Assembly (NCBI GenBank): GCA_964270895.1 | Contig: OZ185436.1 | Strand: one strand, 5' to 3' | From: Podarcis filfolensis | Taxonomy: Eukaryota | DNA length: 64,000 bases | Shown: piece by piece, positions 1 to 12,970 of the stretch | How the letters are laid out: each line of letters begins with the position of its first letter | How positions within the stretch are numbered: position 1 is the first letter of the stretch | Position numbers and translations under genes: made by a program | Notes under the pieces: generated by a model | The model's database searches: none | Told to the model about the DNA's origin: nothing | What the model saw: the letters and a program-made list of their open reading frames with translations, nothing else

Positions 1-210
1 TGGAGGTTCGTTCTTAACCTGAAACTGTTCTTAACCTGAAGCACCACTTTAGCTAATGGGGCCTCCCGCTGCTGCCACGCCGCTGGAGCACGATTTCTGT
101 TCTCATCCTGAAGCAAAGTTCTTAACCCCAGGTAATATTTCTGGGTTAGTGGAGTCTGTAATCTGAAGCGTATGTAAACTGAAGCGTATGTAACCTGAGG
201 CACCACTGTA
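1..210. mobile_element. Tc1/mariner (pogo/Tigger-like) non-autonomous MITE, right part; left end lies outside the window
   Basis: Ends ...TAACCTGAGGCACCACTG followed by TA (209-210), i.e. a CAGTGGT(A/G)CCTC-type TIR plus TA target site. Near-identical to the copy at 31401-31623. Confidence 0.8.
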
Positions 211-559
211 TTATTTTTGAATGCGTATGTGTAGGACTGATATATTTTAACAAAGATGCTTTGGGGGTTGCGGAGGAAAAAAATATTTTCCAACTTCTTT
301 GCCAGGGCACATGAAGCTACTCTCTCAATTTCGCTTACTCACTGCCAGGATGTAAGTCCCACCGTCACTATTAGAGATTTGTGGTGATAAATATTTTAGT
401 CTGTTTAATATCCCAGCTACAGACTACAACACCCAGGACTATGCAGCAGGGGAGAAGAGAAACATTTAAAACGGCCAATAAAAAAAGGCACTCATCTTTG
501 TAAGAACATTAAGAAAAGAGAAAGGCCACAACTATTCTTTGGAGCTCTCATTTCTTTCT

Positions 560-755
560 GGAATGCTTGACTAGGACCTGGGCAACCAGGGTTCAAATCT
601 CCACTCTGCCATGAAACCCATCGGGTGACTTTGAGAGACACTGTCTCTCAGCCTAACCTACCTCACAGGGTGGCAATGGTATAATGGAGGGGGGGAGATG
701 TGTGTCTGCTATCTTGAGCTCTTTGGAGAAAAAGCAACATTAACAATAAATAAAA
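560..755 (+). mobile_element. MIR-like/CORE-type SINE, degenerate
   Basis: B-box-like GGGTTCAAATCTCC, core-like GGGTGACTTTG...TCTCTCAGCCTAACCTACCTCACAGGG, and an AATAAATAAA-type tail. Family assignment from recall. Confidence 0.6.
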
Positions 756-2218
756 GAAAAGATTGGGGCTCACAATGCTATCAGGTCAGTTATATGCAAT
801 ACCTGTTAAAATACCATTTGTACCTGAAGAAGTTTCGGGGTGGTTTATTTCCAACCACAGTCCATCCCAGAATTTCGTGCTGAAATCCCAGAACTGTTTA
901 TAACACACATGCTCTTGTTTATCATTGTCCTGCCGTTGTCCCCCCAGACAGCAATAATGTGGTAGCATTGGGACAGCATCCCAAAACTGTTTCCAAATCG
1001 CTCTTCACTAAAATCTGTAGAAAATGGAAGAAATCACTACCAGGTTTTAGGTAAGAAAAACTCAGTACCTTCTGCACTTAACCAAATTAGCCAGTTTTGG
1101 AAATAGACCAAAGGGGCATATCTCAGGCACACAATAACTGCATTTTTTATTTCTTTATAAGGTTCAAAGCATTCACATTAACTGGGACAACTAACTTAAC
1201 CATCTGGGTAACAATTGAGAAGACATGTTGGATGCTACTCTCAAGAGCCGCATATCAAAAACTGGCCATGAGAAGATGCTCTGCATGCAGTCTGCAGTTG
1301 TGTTTTGACCCACCTGTCTGTTCCTGCTGCCACCAAGCTTCTTTTGCCAGCAGCCTTCCTTCCATCTTGCAAGCAAGGCTCAACTCGGCCAAGTAAACTT
1401 CAGTGAGAATTGTAAAAGCCACTGCTCTACCATCTTAAATTAAACCAAGCAAAGATTGGGCTTACATACAGCAGGTTTAAATGGATGGGTGGGGAGAGAG
1501 AATATAGTCTGGCATTTTTATGCCAGTGACATCATGTGAACACTGCAAAAATCAAAAACAAAAATGCAGCACTAACCTTACAACAGACATCTGTCTGATA
1601 TAGCCCAAGGTGATTATGAGACAAAACTTTAAACACAGTAAAGCTAAAATGGTCTTATTGAAGAACTACCTGAGTTTAGGGGAACAGACACTTTTTTAAA
1701 AAAAATGAAGAAAAAATGTGTTAATGCAATGGTTCACTTTGCTCAACAGCCACCTTCCAATAGCAGGTGAGCATCAAAGAATATGGCATGGTGCAGAAGA
1801 AAACACTCCTAAGGCAAACCCTAAATGGCCTGAACACCTTTGTTAACCTTTGTTTATTTGCCCACTTTAGCAAATAAACTGAAAAGGAAAGGTGTCCATT
1901 GTTATTATTGTTACGTCATTTCCTTTGACAATCGCAATGCAAGGACAGGATTTGTGGTATTCAGTATTCTTATTTACAGCTTTTGAGAAATGGGCCCTTT
2001 AATTCTACCCCAAACGAGTTTTCACTGGATGGGGGTGGGGGGGAGCCAGGCAGAAACACAAGCTTCTGTGAGACGTCCAAAGAATAATGGCTGGCCACAG
2101 GAGTTCTTGTCGGAAAGATTTGCTTTTTTTGTTTCCCTTCAGCAGGATATTCTTCCTTCCAGGGAGCCATGTTCAACGCCTGTGGGCTGTTTTCAAGAAT
2201 GGGTTGACAAGAGCCAGC

Positions 2219-2220
<2 letters not shown>

Positions 2221-2264
<44 letters not shown>
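2221..2264. repeat. (AT)22 microsatellite
   Basis: Perfect AT dinucleotide run seen directly. Confidence 0.97.
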
Positions 2265-2266
<2 letters not shown>

Positions 2267-3005
2267 ACCCTAGCATCACCCATCCACCTTCACAATTGGG
2301 TCTCTGTGTCCTCCCTCAACAAAAGCCACCCTCCCACCTTCTCAGTCAGCCTCTGTATAAAAAGAGAGGTAGCTTTGGAAGAGCACAAAAAGTCACACTG
2401 CTGTGGAGAGGCCAATTATAACTTTGCACAAGCCTGAAACCCCTGAACGGGATTGGCTGCATGGTGGCAGCAGCCATGTGACCGGCCTGCTATCAAGCTC
2501 TTTGTTTAGGGCCCCGTCTTCACGGGAGGTACCAACACCACTCTGGTGGCAAAGCACACAAAAGGAAAGCAAGCTTTCAATGTGCCAGAAGCTGTTCTAT
2601 TTATCCAACAGTGCCGTGGTGCACTGGACCAAGGCGCTCAAGGAGCAGCTGCTTAAAAGCCTTTTCACTGACTTCTCCCTATGGCACAGGCTTCCCACCT
2701 TGGAGAAGCTGCGAGAGGTCAAGAAGGGGACTTCTCTATGTGAAGCTTTAAAAAAACCACCGCCACAGTTGTTATGACCTTCTTTAAGATTGCATTCAGA
2801 TCACCAGAAGCAGAACTGAGATTCTCCTTTCTCACTTCCTTCAGAAGATTGAGTACACAGCTTCCTGAATGTTCTTAAAACAGGAACTCACCGGAGCCAG
2901 GACAGCTCACTCATTAACAGCAGTCATTTCAAATGCATGTTTTGCAGTTTGCATTAGTTGCACAGTACTACGATTTCCTTATTGTTGGCCTGTGGCTTCT
3001 AATGA

Positions 3006-3200
3006 GGAAGGGCCATAGCTTAGTGGCAGAGTATCTGCTTTGTGTACAGAAGGTGCTAAATTCAATCCCCAGCATCTCCAGGTACAGCTGGGAGAGAATC
3101 TGGAATGACAACTTGGACAGCCACTGCCAGTTGCTGCAGGCAACACCAGACTAGATGGATTGATGGTCTGATTCAGTATAAGGCAGCCTCCTGTATCCCT
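3006..3200 (+). mobile_element. tRNA-derived SINE with CR1-like 3' tail
   Basis: Head TAGCTTAGTGGCAGAG (A box) ... TTCAATCCCCAGCATCTCCA (B-box-like); tail CTAGATGGATTGATGGTCTGATTCAGTATAAGGCAGC. A second copy lies on the minus strand at 37832-38230. Confidence 0.75.
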
Positions 3201-4219
3201 GTGCAAATAAGGCAGTAGAGACATGTTTGGAGATATTGGGCTAATCAATCTTTAATGTTTACAATCGTAGCTGGAGTTATTACAAGTTCTCAAGAGCTTC
3301 TGAGAGGGTTTATATTTCCTAACCACATCAGAGGTGTCAGTGCATGGACAAGATGTGAGACGTGTACCGTTAACCACATCACCTGCTTCACAAGGGGGTA
3401 CCAAATGGTCAGAAGTTGAAAAGGTCACTCCTTAAAACTACTTTGCAGCCAGAAGGTGACCCAGACAATGTGTGCTGCACTATAATTTCCTCACGCCGGA
3501 ATAAGAGGTCTAGCAAATTAATACACTGTTGATCCTCTCTGCACACTGAGCCTTAAATGCATTTTAATACAAATGGGATTGCCTTCTCCAATCTCCCATT
3601 ATTGGATTGGTGATTAGTCAAAGAGATAGACAGACACTGCATCTGAAATTGAATTAGCCTGGTCATGAACAGAGAACATCAGCTCCCAGGCATGCCTGGA
3701 GAGAAAATCAACATGGCTCAGGGGTGTAGAACAAAGCCGGTGCCCTCAGAACTGCCACCTCGACAGAAGCAAGAGCTGCAGCAGAGTGTCCAAAACCTCT
3801 GGCAAGATCAGCTGTTCCAACTCGCCTCCCTTTCCTAAGATAAACAAGCATAACAGCAGCAAGGTTATTAAGTCTGAGTGGGTGGGGTGAACTGGGGTTC
3901 TCTAGAGAAGCACGGTCCCCTGTGAATAACCCAAGATAGCCAAACAAGACACAATGGCAGGGAGGGAAGTAGACTTATCAAAATCCTTCCTGTAGACAAG
4001 GATTCACAGGAGAGCTGCGAGGGGATAAACAATCCGCTAAGAGCACAAGGGGAGGCCCAGCAGACAAACCATTTCCACCCCAGCGCTAAAGCATTGAGAT
4101 AAACAGTATAGCAGACAAGCAAGTTAGGCACCTGTGTGATTTCAGTGACAGGGTGGAAAAGGCAAAAGCCCTCAAACTCACCCTCCCGCCACCCAATCGA
4201 AACAGTTATGAAAATAGCT

Positions 4220-5048
4220 ATACATGTGACACTACCTGTCTGCTGGACAAAAACCATGCTTGGTGCAATGAGCTCAAGAGAAATGAGGCCAAGGTGAGAG
4301 ACACAGCTGAGAGACACAGAGACTGGTAAAAGAGTCCTTTTGGGGATGAGATAGCAGCATCCAGGGTAATCACCTGTACTGTTAGGACGGTCTCAGGGGC
4401 AGAGGATGGTGTCCCAAGAAAGAGGAATCTCTTAGAAGGAACCTATTCCATGTGGTGGGGTGAACCAATATCTTCCTGTGACAAGGATGTGCCCCCAGTG
4501 GGAGAGGGTTCCTCATAGTGAATAATTCAGTCAATAGAAAGAGGTTTGTGATGGGCATGTAGACTGCATGCCCACTTGCCTGCCTGATGTGAAAGTTGTA
4601 GAGGTCAACCTTTGCCTAGATAAGCTGGTAGACAGCATATTGGCACCAATGACATGAGTAAATTAGAAGTCTGGAGTTCTTTGAAGCAAAATGTTTCCTC
4701 CCTATCTCATATACCATCAATGAAGTTACATTGTGAGCAGACAAAAGCAAATATTTTTACATCCAAGGCAGCTCAGCTATGAAATTGTGACCATAATATG
4801 CAGTTGTGGCCAGCAACTTAGATGTGTTAAAAAGGGACAAGAAAGTGCTGTGGAGGGTAAGGCTGTCTCAGCTTTATATTACCTCCCGTACCATATACAG
4901 TTTGCCTCTGGCAAACAACAGGAGAGGGCTATTACTGTCATATCCTGCTTCTGGGTTTCCAAGAGGCATCTAGCCGGACCCTGTAGGAAACAGCGTGCTT
5001 GTTAGATAGGACTTTGGTTTGATCCAGTAGGGCTCTTGTTATGCTCTT
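4220..5048 (+). mobile_element. CR1 LINE remnant: ORF1 (zinc-finger and SGNH esterase-like) pieces joined almost directly to the CR1 3' end
   Basis: Decayed ORF1-like codons YLSAGQK and CNEL (~4233-4275), TCLPDVKVVEV (4574-4606) and GTND (4642-4653). CR1-type 3' end ...GGTTTGATCCAGTAGGGCTCTTGTTATGCTCTT at ~4800-5048. Confidence 0.6.
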
Positions 5049-6384
5049 GGTTGTGTAAGCGAGGCTTACTCAGGAGGTGAATGCATAATAGAACAGCTGC
5101 CTCCCAAACAATGATGCACTGGACGCATTTGGGAGTGGCTGGGAGGGGAAGAGTTCAGAAACTTAGAGGCTGAAAAGCTGGAACTAAAATGTGAGCACCA
5201 CACTACATTCCCTCCTGGGGAGACAAAAAGGCTCCAATATCTGAAGAAAGGGGATTCTGATCACACCCCCGGCTTTAGTCAGATAGCATCAAGGTATCTT
5301 TAAAGAGAGCGACTGAGGCATGAAGGTGCTCTCTGCTGTAGGTATATATAATTTCTAATTACATAGATAAAGTTTTAATGAAAGACTCTGCATTTCCAAC
5401 TCAGTAATTTGACAGGGACAGAGCAAGGTTGTAATTAAGAAAGGCTCCCTTTTCCTCCACCATTATTAAGAAACTGGCTGTTCATCAGGATGCAGGCACC
5501 GCTTCCTCTTGGCTTACCGGAAGCTGCCACTTCCAGAGAAGCAATTGCGTTCAGAAGAGGTATGTAGGAGGAGCATTTGAATCCAGTCAATGCCCACTCA
5601 TCTGAATCATCCAAGCACATGCCTGTGTAGCAACGTATCCCTGGAAGTACACAGAGAGAGTGTCTGTGGTGTTCATCCCTTCCAGAGTTGACCAATCTTC
5701 CTTTTGCCTGAGGATCATGTTCACCCTTGGCCAACCTTCCACAGTAGCAATGGGTGTGACCCTCACATGTACACTTCAGCTGATTACAGGTGATTATTAA
5801 CATTCCCATTAGGGTGCTGAACATATTGGTTCCGTGCTGTGGAACCCCATCCCAGCTTGTTTTATTTTTATTCTTTTATTCTTTTCTTTTTGCTACTGCT
5901 GCCAAAATCAGTAGAGTCTTGGGAGGGCTCTGGGCCCAGGGGAAGCCCCCACTGCCTGAACTTCATTCAGATATTTTGGGTGCTCTCAGGCCACTTCACA
6001 TCCACTCACATTTAAGCTAGACATTTGTCACCAACCACGAGACTGAGATCAAATAGCACCCAGCACCTCTCTTTCAGGGAAGGACTCAAGGGAATTATGC
6101 ACAGCTTTGCAACTTCCTCAAAGTTGTACAAGCATGAGCCTAATGTGCTATTATTTGCACAATACAGACCAGGTGAAAAAAAGAGGCTTTGCATATTTAG
6201 TAGTTGTATAGAAGGGAAAACTTCAGCATAACTCACTATATCTACTGAGATTCCATCTTGCAGACAATTCATTACATATGGAAGGAGCCTGTCCTCTCTT
6301 TTCACTCTCCCTTGACACAAGAATTCCTACCAGTTGCTACAACTAGGGTAAATCTTCCCTGCCCACCTTTCCCCCATAAGAGTA

Positions 6385-6736
6385 AAGGTAAAGGGACCCC
6401 TGACCATTAGGTCCAGTCGTGGCCGACTCTGGGGTTGCGGCGCTCATCTCGCTTTATTGGCTGAGGGAGCTGGTGTACAGCTTCCAGGTCATGTGGCCAG
6501 CATGACTAAGCTGCTTCTGGCAAACCAGAGCAGCACACGGAAACACCGTTTACCTTCCCGCTGGAGTGGTACCTATTTATCTACTTGCATTTTGACGTGC
6601 TTTCGAACTGCTAGGTTGGCAGGAGCTGAGACCGAGCAACGGGAGCTCACCCCTGTCGCGGGGATTCAAACCCCTGACCTTCTGATTGGCAAGTCCTAGG
6701 CTCTGTGGTTTAACCCACAGTGCCACCCATGTCCCT
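6385..6736 (-). mobile_element. Sauria SINE, full length
   Basis: On the minus strand: tRNA-like head GGGACATGGGTGGCACTGTGGGTTAAACC with B box GGTTTGAATCCC, and an (ACCTTT)n tail. Flanked by a perfect 12-bp target-site duplication CCCATAAGAGTA (6373-6384 and 6737-6748). Confidence 0.92.
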
Positions 6737-7769
6737 CCCATAAGAGTACCCGTGGTCATTTTACATCCTTCCCCCCTTTAAACTCACTTTCAGATACAGT
6801 CCAGATGCTACAGCAGGGCAATGGTTCTGAAGAGGCCACATGATGGAGCAGCAAGCAGGTAATAGGGAGAGGAAGAAAGGCTACACACCAGCCCCATCGC
6901 CAAGCACATTGCAAGCCACACCTTCAAACCAAGTAAGGAAATAGCATTACAATCGTGCAAGAAACTCCAAAAGCAATCTGAACCTGCCACTTTTTTTTTA
7001 AATGGAGTGACATGTTGGGAAAGTGTGAGTGCAACAGTTTGAGACAGGAACGTCATTGGGATTCTCTGGAATAAACCAGTTAAGTGAATGGTGCCAATAG
7101 CTAGATTCACAGGTTGAAGGTGCAGGATGGGCTCTATATGCAGAGGGGCGAGGGAGAGAAGGCTATGTGGAAGCATCCTGAGGCGCTCTTAAGTGTGTGC
7201 CAACAGACTCTAAACAAGGAATGGCCTTCAATACTTGGGATGTGCCAGTACACACAAGCACTCTTTGTATCCTGAATCCAGTGGCTAACAGCTTAGCATT
7301 AGACAAGCTGGCAGGTGGATGAGAGATGTTTGTGTCTCCTTCCCAATCATACAGTGTGCTCCATGGTCTGGGGGCGGGGGAGTGAAATATTTGCTGAAGG
7401 AAGGAACAGCACTAAGGGAATATTCCATATACTCCCCCATCCAAAAAATAAAAATACAACTCTGCTATGCTAGCCTTGGTAAAACTGCTGGAGAAGATGC
7501 AAGACCACTTGAGGAAAGGATGGAGAACTGTGGCCAGATGTTGTTGGACAATAATCCTCATAATCCCCAGCCACTTGTCATGTTCACTGCAGACAGCATT
7601 CATTCTCTGGATGGCTACAGGTTCCCAACTCTTGGCATAAACCATATGAACAAGCCATTTCCAAATTCCTTGAAATTTACAAAGCCAGCAAACAGCCACA
7701 ATACAAATAGTCAAAAATCATGCAGCTACAAAAAGCATCAATGGAAAGGTCCGCACCTCACCTACAAAC

Positions 7770-7907
7770 CAGGAGTAGCCAACACAGTGTGCTCCATATG
7801 TTTGGACTAAAATTCCCATCATCCCCAACCACACCACAGCCAATAGTGAGGAAGGGTGGAAGTTGTAGTCCACAACAGCTGGAGGGCTTCACACTGGCTA
7901 TACCCTG
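7770..7907. mobile_element. Palindromic hAT-type MITE
   Basis: Imperfect TIRs CAGGAGTAGCCA / TGGCTATACCCTG, internal palindrome TGTTTGGACTA...TAGTCCACAACA, and an 8-bp TSD CTACAAAC / CTGCAAAC (7 of 8 match). Confidence 0.7.
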
Positions 7908-7985
7908 CTGCAAACCCAGGGAATACAGGAGACAGTCCTGAGCAACCATGGAAGAACGCAAAGAGTTCCCTGCCCCGTCAGTTGG

Positions 7986-8065
7986 CATGACATGACATGA
8001 CATGACATGACAAAACAAAATAAAACAAAATAAAATAAAACAAAACAAAATAAAATAAAATAAAA
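7986..8065. repeat. Compound in-phase pentanucleotide repeat: (CATGA)5 followed by 11 CAAAA/TAAAA units
   Basis: 16 consecutive 5-bp units, directly abutting the 3' tail of the L2 element. Confidence 0.93.
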
Positions 8066-8557
8066 TAATAATTTATTTATACCCTGCCCATCTGGCTGGG
8101 TTTCCCCAGCCACTCTGGGCGGCTTCCAACACAAGATTAAAATACAATAATTCATCCAATATTAAAAACTTCCCTAAACAGGGCTGTCTTCAGATGTCTT
8201 CTAAAAGTCCGATAGTTGCTTATTTCTTTCACATCTGATGGGAGGGCATTCCACAGGGTGGGTGCCACTACCAAGAAGGCCCTCTGCCTAGTTCTCTGTA
8301 ACTTCACTTCTCACAGTGAGGGAACTGCTAGAAGGCCCTTCGAGCTGGACCTCAGTGTCCGGGTTGAACAATGGGAGTGGAGACACTCCTTCAGGTATAC
8401 TGGGCCGAGGCCATTTAGGGTTTTAAAGGTCAGCACCAACACTTTGAATTGTGCAAGGAAACGTACTGGGAGCCAATGCAGGTCTTTCAGGACCAGTGTT
8501 ATGTGGTCTCGGAGGTCACTCACAGTCACCAGTCTAGCTGCCGCATTCTGGATTAGC
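8066..8557 (-). mobile_element. L2-clade LINE, 5'-truncated 3' end
   Basis: Minus-strand translation IQNAAARLVT...DHIT.VLKDLHWLPVRF.AQFKVLVLTFKTLNGLGP.YL is the typical L2 ORF2 C-terminus. It is followed by a 3' UTR ending GGGTATAAATAAATTATT. Confidence 0.88.
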
Positions 8558-9875
8558 CACATCAAGGCATGGAGTGAAATACTAGCCTGCTTTCCCACTT
8601 TATCAATGCCTGGTCCTCTTTCTGTCTAGTCATCGCCCTCTGGCTCCACACCCCACCCTCCCCAACAAAGATCAGCCAAACACCATCTAGATGATGGTTA
8701 AGACATATAAATGGAAAAAGATCAGAATTTCCTCCACCACATCTGTGCCTAACACTTAAGCAAATTAGTATATTAAGAGAAAAGACAAGTGATATGCCAG
8801 CTATTCTCCGCATGCCAGCTCCACCCAGCACCAGCACCCAACTTTCCTCCTTCAAGCAGATGCCAGAGATTCAGTCTTCCTGCCTGAAGGATGCACTAAC
8901 AAGTTCAGCCATTAGCTCACATCTCCTAACATCTTCACTATAGGGTTGCATCCCAAGCTGTCCATGTGAATGCAGAACAGAACTTTTACTGTCCTCTTCT
9001 ACCTCTGGAGTCCCCCAAATGGCCCCAAAAGTCCCCTCTACACAGGGGGCAGAACAAGAGGGTGAATCTCACTGTGCAAGTGGAAGTCCATTCATATGAT
9101 ACTGGGTTACACCCGGAAACTACAACTTCTAATGAGGGGACTTCAATATTCCAGGTAACTGTTCTTTCCTCCCCCCCAAACCCCAAACCCACATTTCCTG
9201 TTTTCGTTCGTCAGACTGTGCTGAGACATTCCCAGTCAGATCTACAGAATGCTTAGATGGTGGAAATGGAAGGATTGCAGGTAAAATGGTAAAAGGATTA
9301 CAACACAAGTCATGAATCAGGGGTGCAACATCCTAAGATACGGAAGTTCCTATAAAGCAAAGTTGGAGCACTGTTTTCTGGGAAATTTTCTGGGAAACGA
9401 GAAGTGATGGGAAGAGAATTTGTTTGGGCTTATGACAGTTTGCAAAATGATGCTTTGTTATGGATGTTTAAATAAGAAATAAACCTTCTTTGGTCCCAGC
9501 ACTTGTGGTCAGCTGCCCAACGTTGCTTGCATATGCATAAATCAATATAAACAATACATTGCAAGGAACCACAGCTGCGGGGCTTGCTTTTTCTACTGTT
9601 CTAATTTGGTGTGTTCACTTCACAAATAATCCAATGAGAGATTTCCTGTTCTCTCAAGAGATAATTGGAGCCAAAAAGCCTGACTTGAGAAAACACATTT
9701 CAGCAGAAGACAGAATGTCATCACCAAGAATGAGAAATTAGTAACAAATCCATATTTTACCAACCAGGCTTTTATTGTTTTTTTGCTTACACTCCCAACT
9801 GCATTTCCGTCCTCCATGCCTCCCCACCGCTTTCTCTCACCTCCAAACACCACACTAGATATGCATTTCAAATTT

Positions 9876-9990
9876 GGGTACTGCAAGGTCCTCCAGATGT
9901 TGTTGACTCAAATCCTATGTTGGCGAACAGTCAGTGATGATGGGAGATGTAGTCCAGCAATATCTGGAAGGGCACAGACTTCCTGACCTT
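9876..9990. mobile_element. Palindromic MITE remnant, same group as 7770-7907
   Basis: Inverted arms CCAGATGTTGTTGACT ... AGTCCAGCAATATCTGG. Confidence 0.6.
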
Positions 9991-11444
9991 GGAGAAGGGT
10001 TTTTCCCACGTTTTGATTTTTGCATAGCACACACATACACCATGATTCACAATATATTGCCAGGTCAAGAACTATGAAACAGATCTCACGATATGGATTT
10101 CAAACCAGTTTTGGATGGTATATCAATTTATCACCCAGCCGTATTTGGGGGTAAAGCCAGTGATTAATTGTCAGGAATCAAGTCAAACCTTTTGAACAGC
10201 TTCCCCACCTCCAAGGCAGCAGTTAAGATGCTAAGTTTGATTTGCTGCTTAAAACAAAAAGCAGCAAGTAATCTCATTCATCTCTGACAGCCACTTATGC
10301 AACTAATTTTTTGCTGGTGATTGATATTAATGCAAATTTATATATTCCACTGGATCTTGTTTGAAAGAGCTGCTCTCAGCTGCTCTTTTTGTCCTCAAGC
10401 AAATGGGAGAGGTTTCACCCTCCTACGCATTGCCCCAAAACAGAAGTACCTTTTTTCTTTTCTTTTTTCTTTTAGCATTACACACAAGGGTGGCCAAGTG
10501 GATGTCAGTGACTGATGCAGCCAAAGCAAGCCTGATCTCTCCAGTCATGGGGCTGCTGGCCTGTTATTGGCTTTCAAATCTGTTTGACAATCCGGAGAAC
10601 TGGCAAGCAATTTCATGTACATATACATTGCAGTCATCACTTCAGTTGACAAAATGATTTCCCCATTTCTTAATGAGGCAGCATGCAGCACACATTATAT
10701 ATAACGAGCGCTAGTCAAAGAAGCTCATGTTTCTTGGCACAAGGATTTTAAAATATTTTTTAAGGCCAGATACAACACATTAAACCCGGGAAACTGAGCC
10801 CAGCATTAAATTGTTTCGAGGGCAGCAGAACTCGGTGCTGAGAGTGCAAACATCACACAACAGAGCAACAGAGCTCCTCAATCATTTCAGACACCACACA
10901 ATGACAACAGGTAGCAGCCTTGGTTGCTTTCCAACCCTGTAATTAGGCTACAGGAATATATGGGACCTGGAATTTGTTGTGCTTTGAGGCCATATGGTTT
11001 GCTACCCAGCAGAGCTCTGGCCTATTTATTATCCCTTTGACTCACTGATCACCAGTCCTCGACAACAACAAAAGAGCAAGGATGTTGGTTATCTTTCAGC
11101 ACTAACTATCGGAAGCTGCAAAGCAGAATGTCCAGGCGCTAAATCCAGTACAGGAGATTTAAGTTTCTCATTTTAGCCTTCCATCTAAAAGAGCAAGCTG
11201 GACATTTCACACAGTTGCTGGACTGAATGATGTGCAGGCCTTGATGGCATTCTTGGATACAGCCAGCATTTTCAGCACAGGTGGCCTCTCATGCTCACAG
11301 AAATGTACATGTGTATGAACACAGTAATCCCCAAGATGTAGATGAATGCAGCCATTTTGACGGAGGAGAGGGCTTTGTTAGCAGCATACATACCCAGTCA
11401 CGTCTTGTAAGTGTACAATCTCTCAAAATAAAGAACATCTAGGA

Positions 11445-11642
11445 ACAGCCTGAGACCTTTTGGCACCTGAAGAGAACAACAAAATGGTGCCTCCCTCCCC
11501 ACCAAGGAAGAAGGGATGAGTTAAGATCTACATCAGATGCAAGAGGGGGTGGGAATAAGGCTCTACATTGTGTTCTGCTGCCCCTGTGGATCCTGCCACC
11601 TGAGGTGGTCACCTCACCTTGCCTCATGGGTGGACTGGCCCA
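11445..11642. mobile_element. Probable non-autonomous DNA transposon remnant
   Basis: Ends in GCCTCATGGGTGGACTGGCCC, resembling a recurrent lizard element terminus (recall only). No TSD found. Confidence 0.3.
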
Positions 11643-12881
11643 GAGTACGATAGACTACACAAACACATAGGCTTGCTTCACAAGCCATCAGAACTGGCCT
11701 GTTAAGGTCTTGAAAGTGCCACACAACTGGTTCTAAAATCTGAACTATAGCTGCAAGGTGAAGGGAATTAGGATGGCAGTTGTACACATGAATACACACC
11801 TTCATTATTTGAGCATGTTATTCAGAAATGGCACATAAAGCAGACATCCAGATTTGACAAATGCAGCAGCTGAGACGGACCCAAAGAAAAAGTTATTTAG
11901 CTTCTGCTCATGCCTGAATAGGCCAAATAAGAATGCCCATTTTCCGCTCTTAATAACAGGTCTGCTAAAGAGCAAGAGTTGGGAAACATGGGTCTCTAAT
12001 AAAGAGCTACTATCCCTGAACCACCAAGAGAAAAGCCTACGCAGAAAGTTTTCATCATCACTTTTTTACGCTACTCAGCAACGTTCCATTTCACTGACGG
12101 CCCCAGAGTCTCACCACAACTCAGAGCCATGGGTGGACTCACCAGCCAAATATGTCCGCTCCGGCGCATGCTCAACTTCGGGGGTGGGGGGTTGGGGTGG
12201 GAAGAATCAACTCCTCAACAGGTGAGGCTGTGAAACATGATCAGGGAAGACAAAGCAGTTCCCGTCAGCGCCGTGCTGGGAAGAACGCATCATTTGCGCC
12301 GCACTGGGAGACATGCTTGAAACAGTAGTGCACTGAAATCTCAGCAACACGAAATAATCTTTGCCATCTGTCTGAACAACTCAACGCTCCTGTTGCAATC
12401 TGAAGGAAGGCTCCCAGAGAAACACAAGGGCCTTGCTGATGGATCACAAGAGCCCGTCCCTCCTTTGGGGGCCATTTTCCTCATAACTTCATGCTGCGAC
12501 TAAGACATTGTGATTTGGGGCCTGCTGGAATCAAACTGGAAGGCATTATGTGCCTTGGAGAGTGGATGAAAAAGAGTAGGGAGACCCCCATCTTGAATTG
12601 TGCTAGGCTCTTGTCTCCAAAGAGCTTCATTCATTCAAGAGGCTGTAAGTATATTCTGAAGTAGAAGTGAAGAGCCCCTGAAGCTGATGCAGCATGAAAT
12701 CAGATACAAAACTTTGCTCTACGGTTTGTTTCAGGGAACAGAGTTGGACAAAGTTCGGAATGTTAAAGCAGTGTCTACAATTCCACTCAATCATTTTTCA
12801 AAAATGAAGAAGGCCAGCTTTTCAGTTCAAGTATTTTTTATTTTTATTTTTTTGGATGGGGGAGCTGTTATAAGAAACCCA

Positions 12882-12887
12882 TTTATT

Positions 12888-12935
<48 letters not shown>

Positions 12936-12970
12936 CTGCCTTTCCTCCCAAAGGAGCCCAGGGTGGCAAA
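12882..12970 (-). repeat. (TTA)n microsatellite grown from a LINE/SINE 3' tail
   Basis: TTTA units then a long TTA run, followed by ATACTGCCTTTCCTCCCAAAGGAGCCCAGGGTGGC, an L2-type 3' terminus in reverse. Confidence 0.7.

Noticed and set aside
2403-2777. 124-aa ORF in HS3ST3B1 intron 1 (antisense)
   Set aside because: GTG start, no homology I can recognise and no clear splice context.
9215-9525. Possible solo LTR (TATAAA at ~9351, AATAAA at ~9478)
   Set aside because: No convincing TG...CA termini with a target-site duplication.
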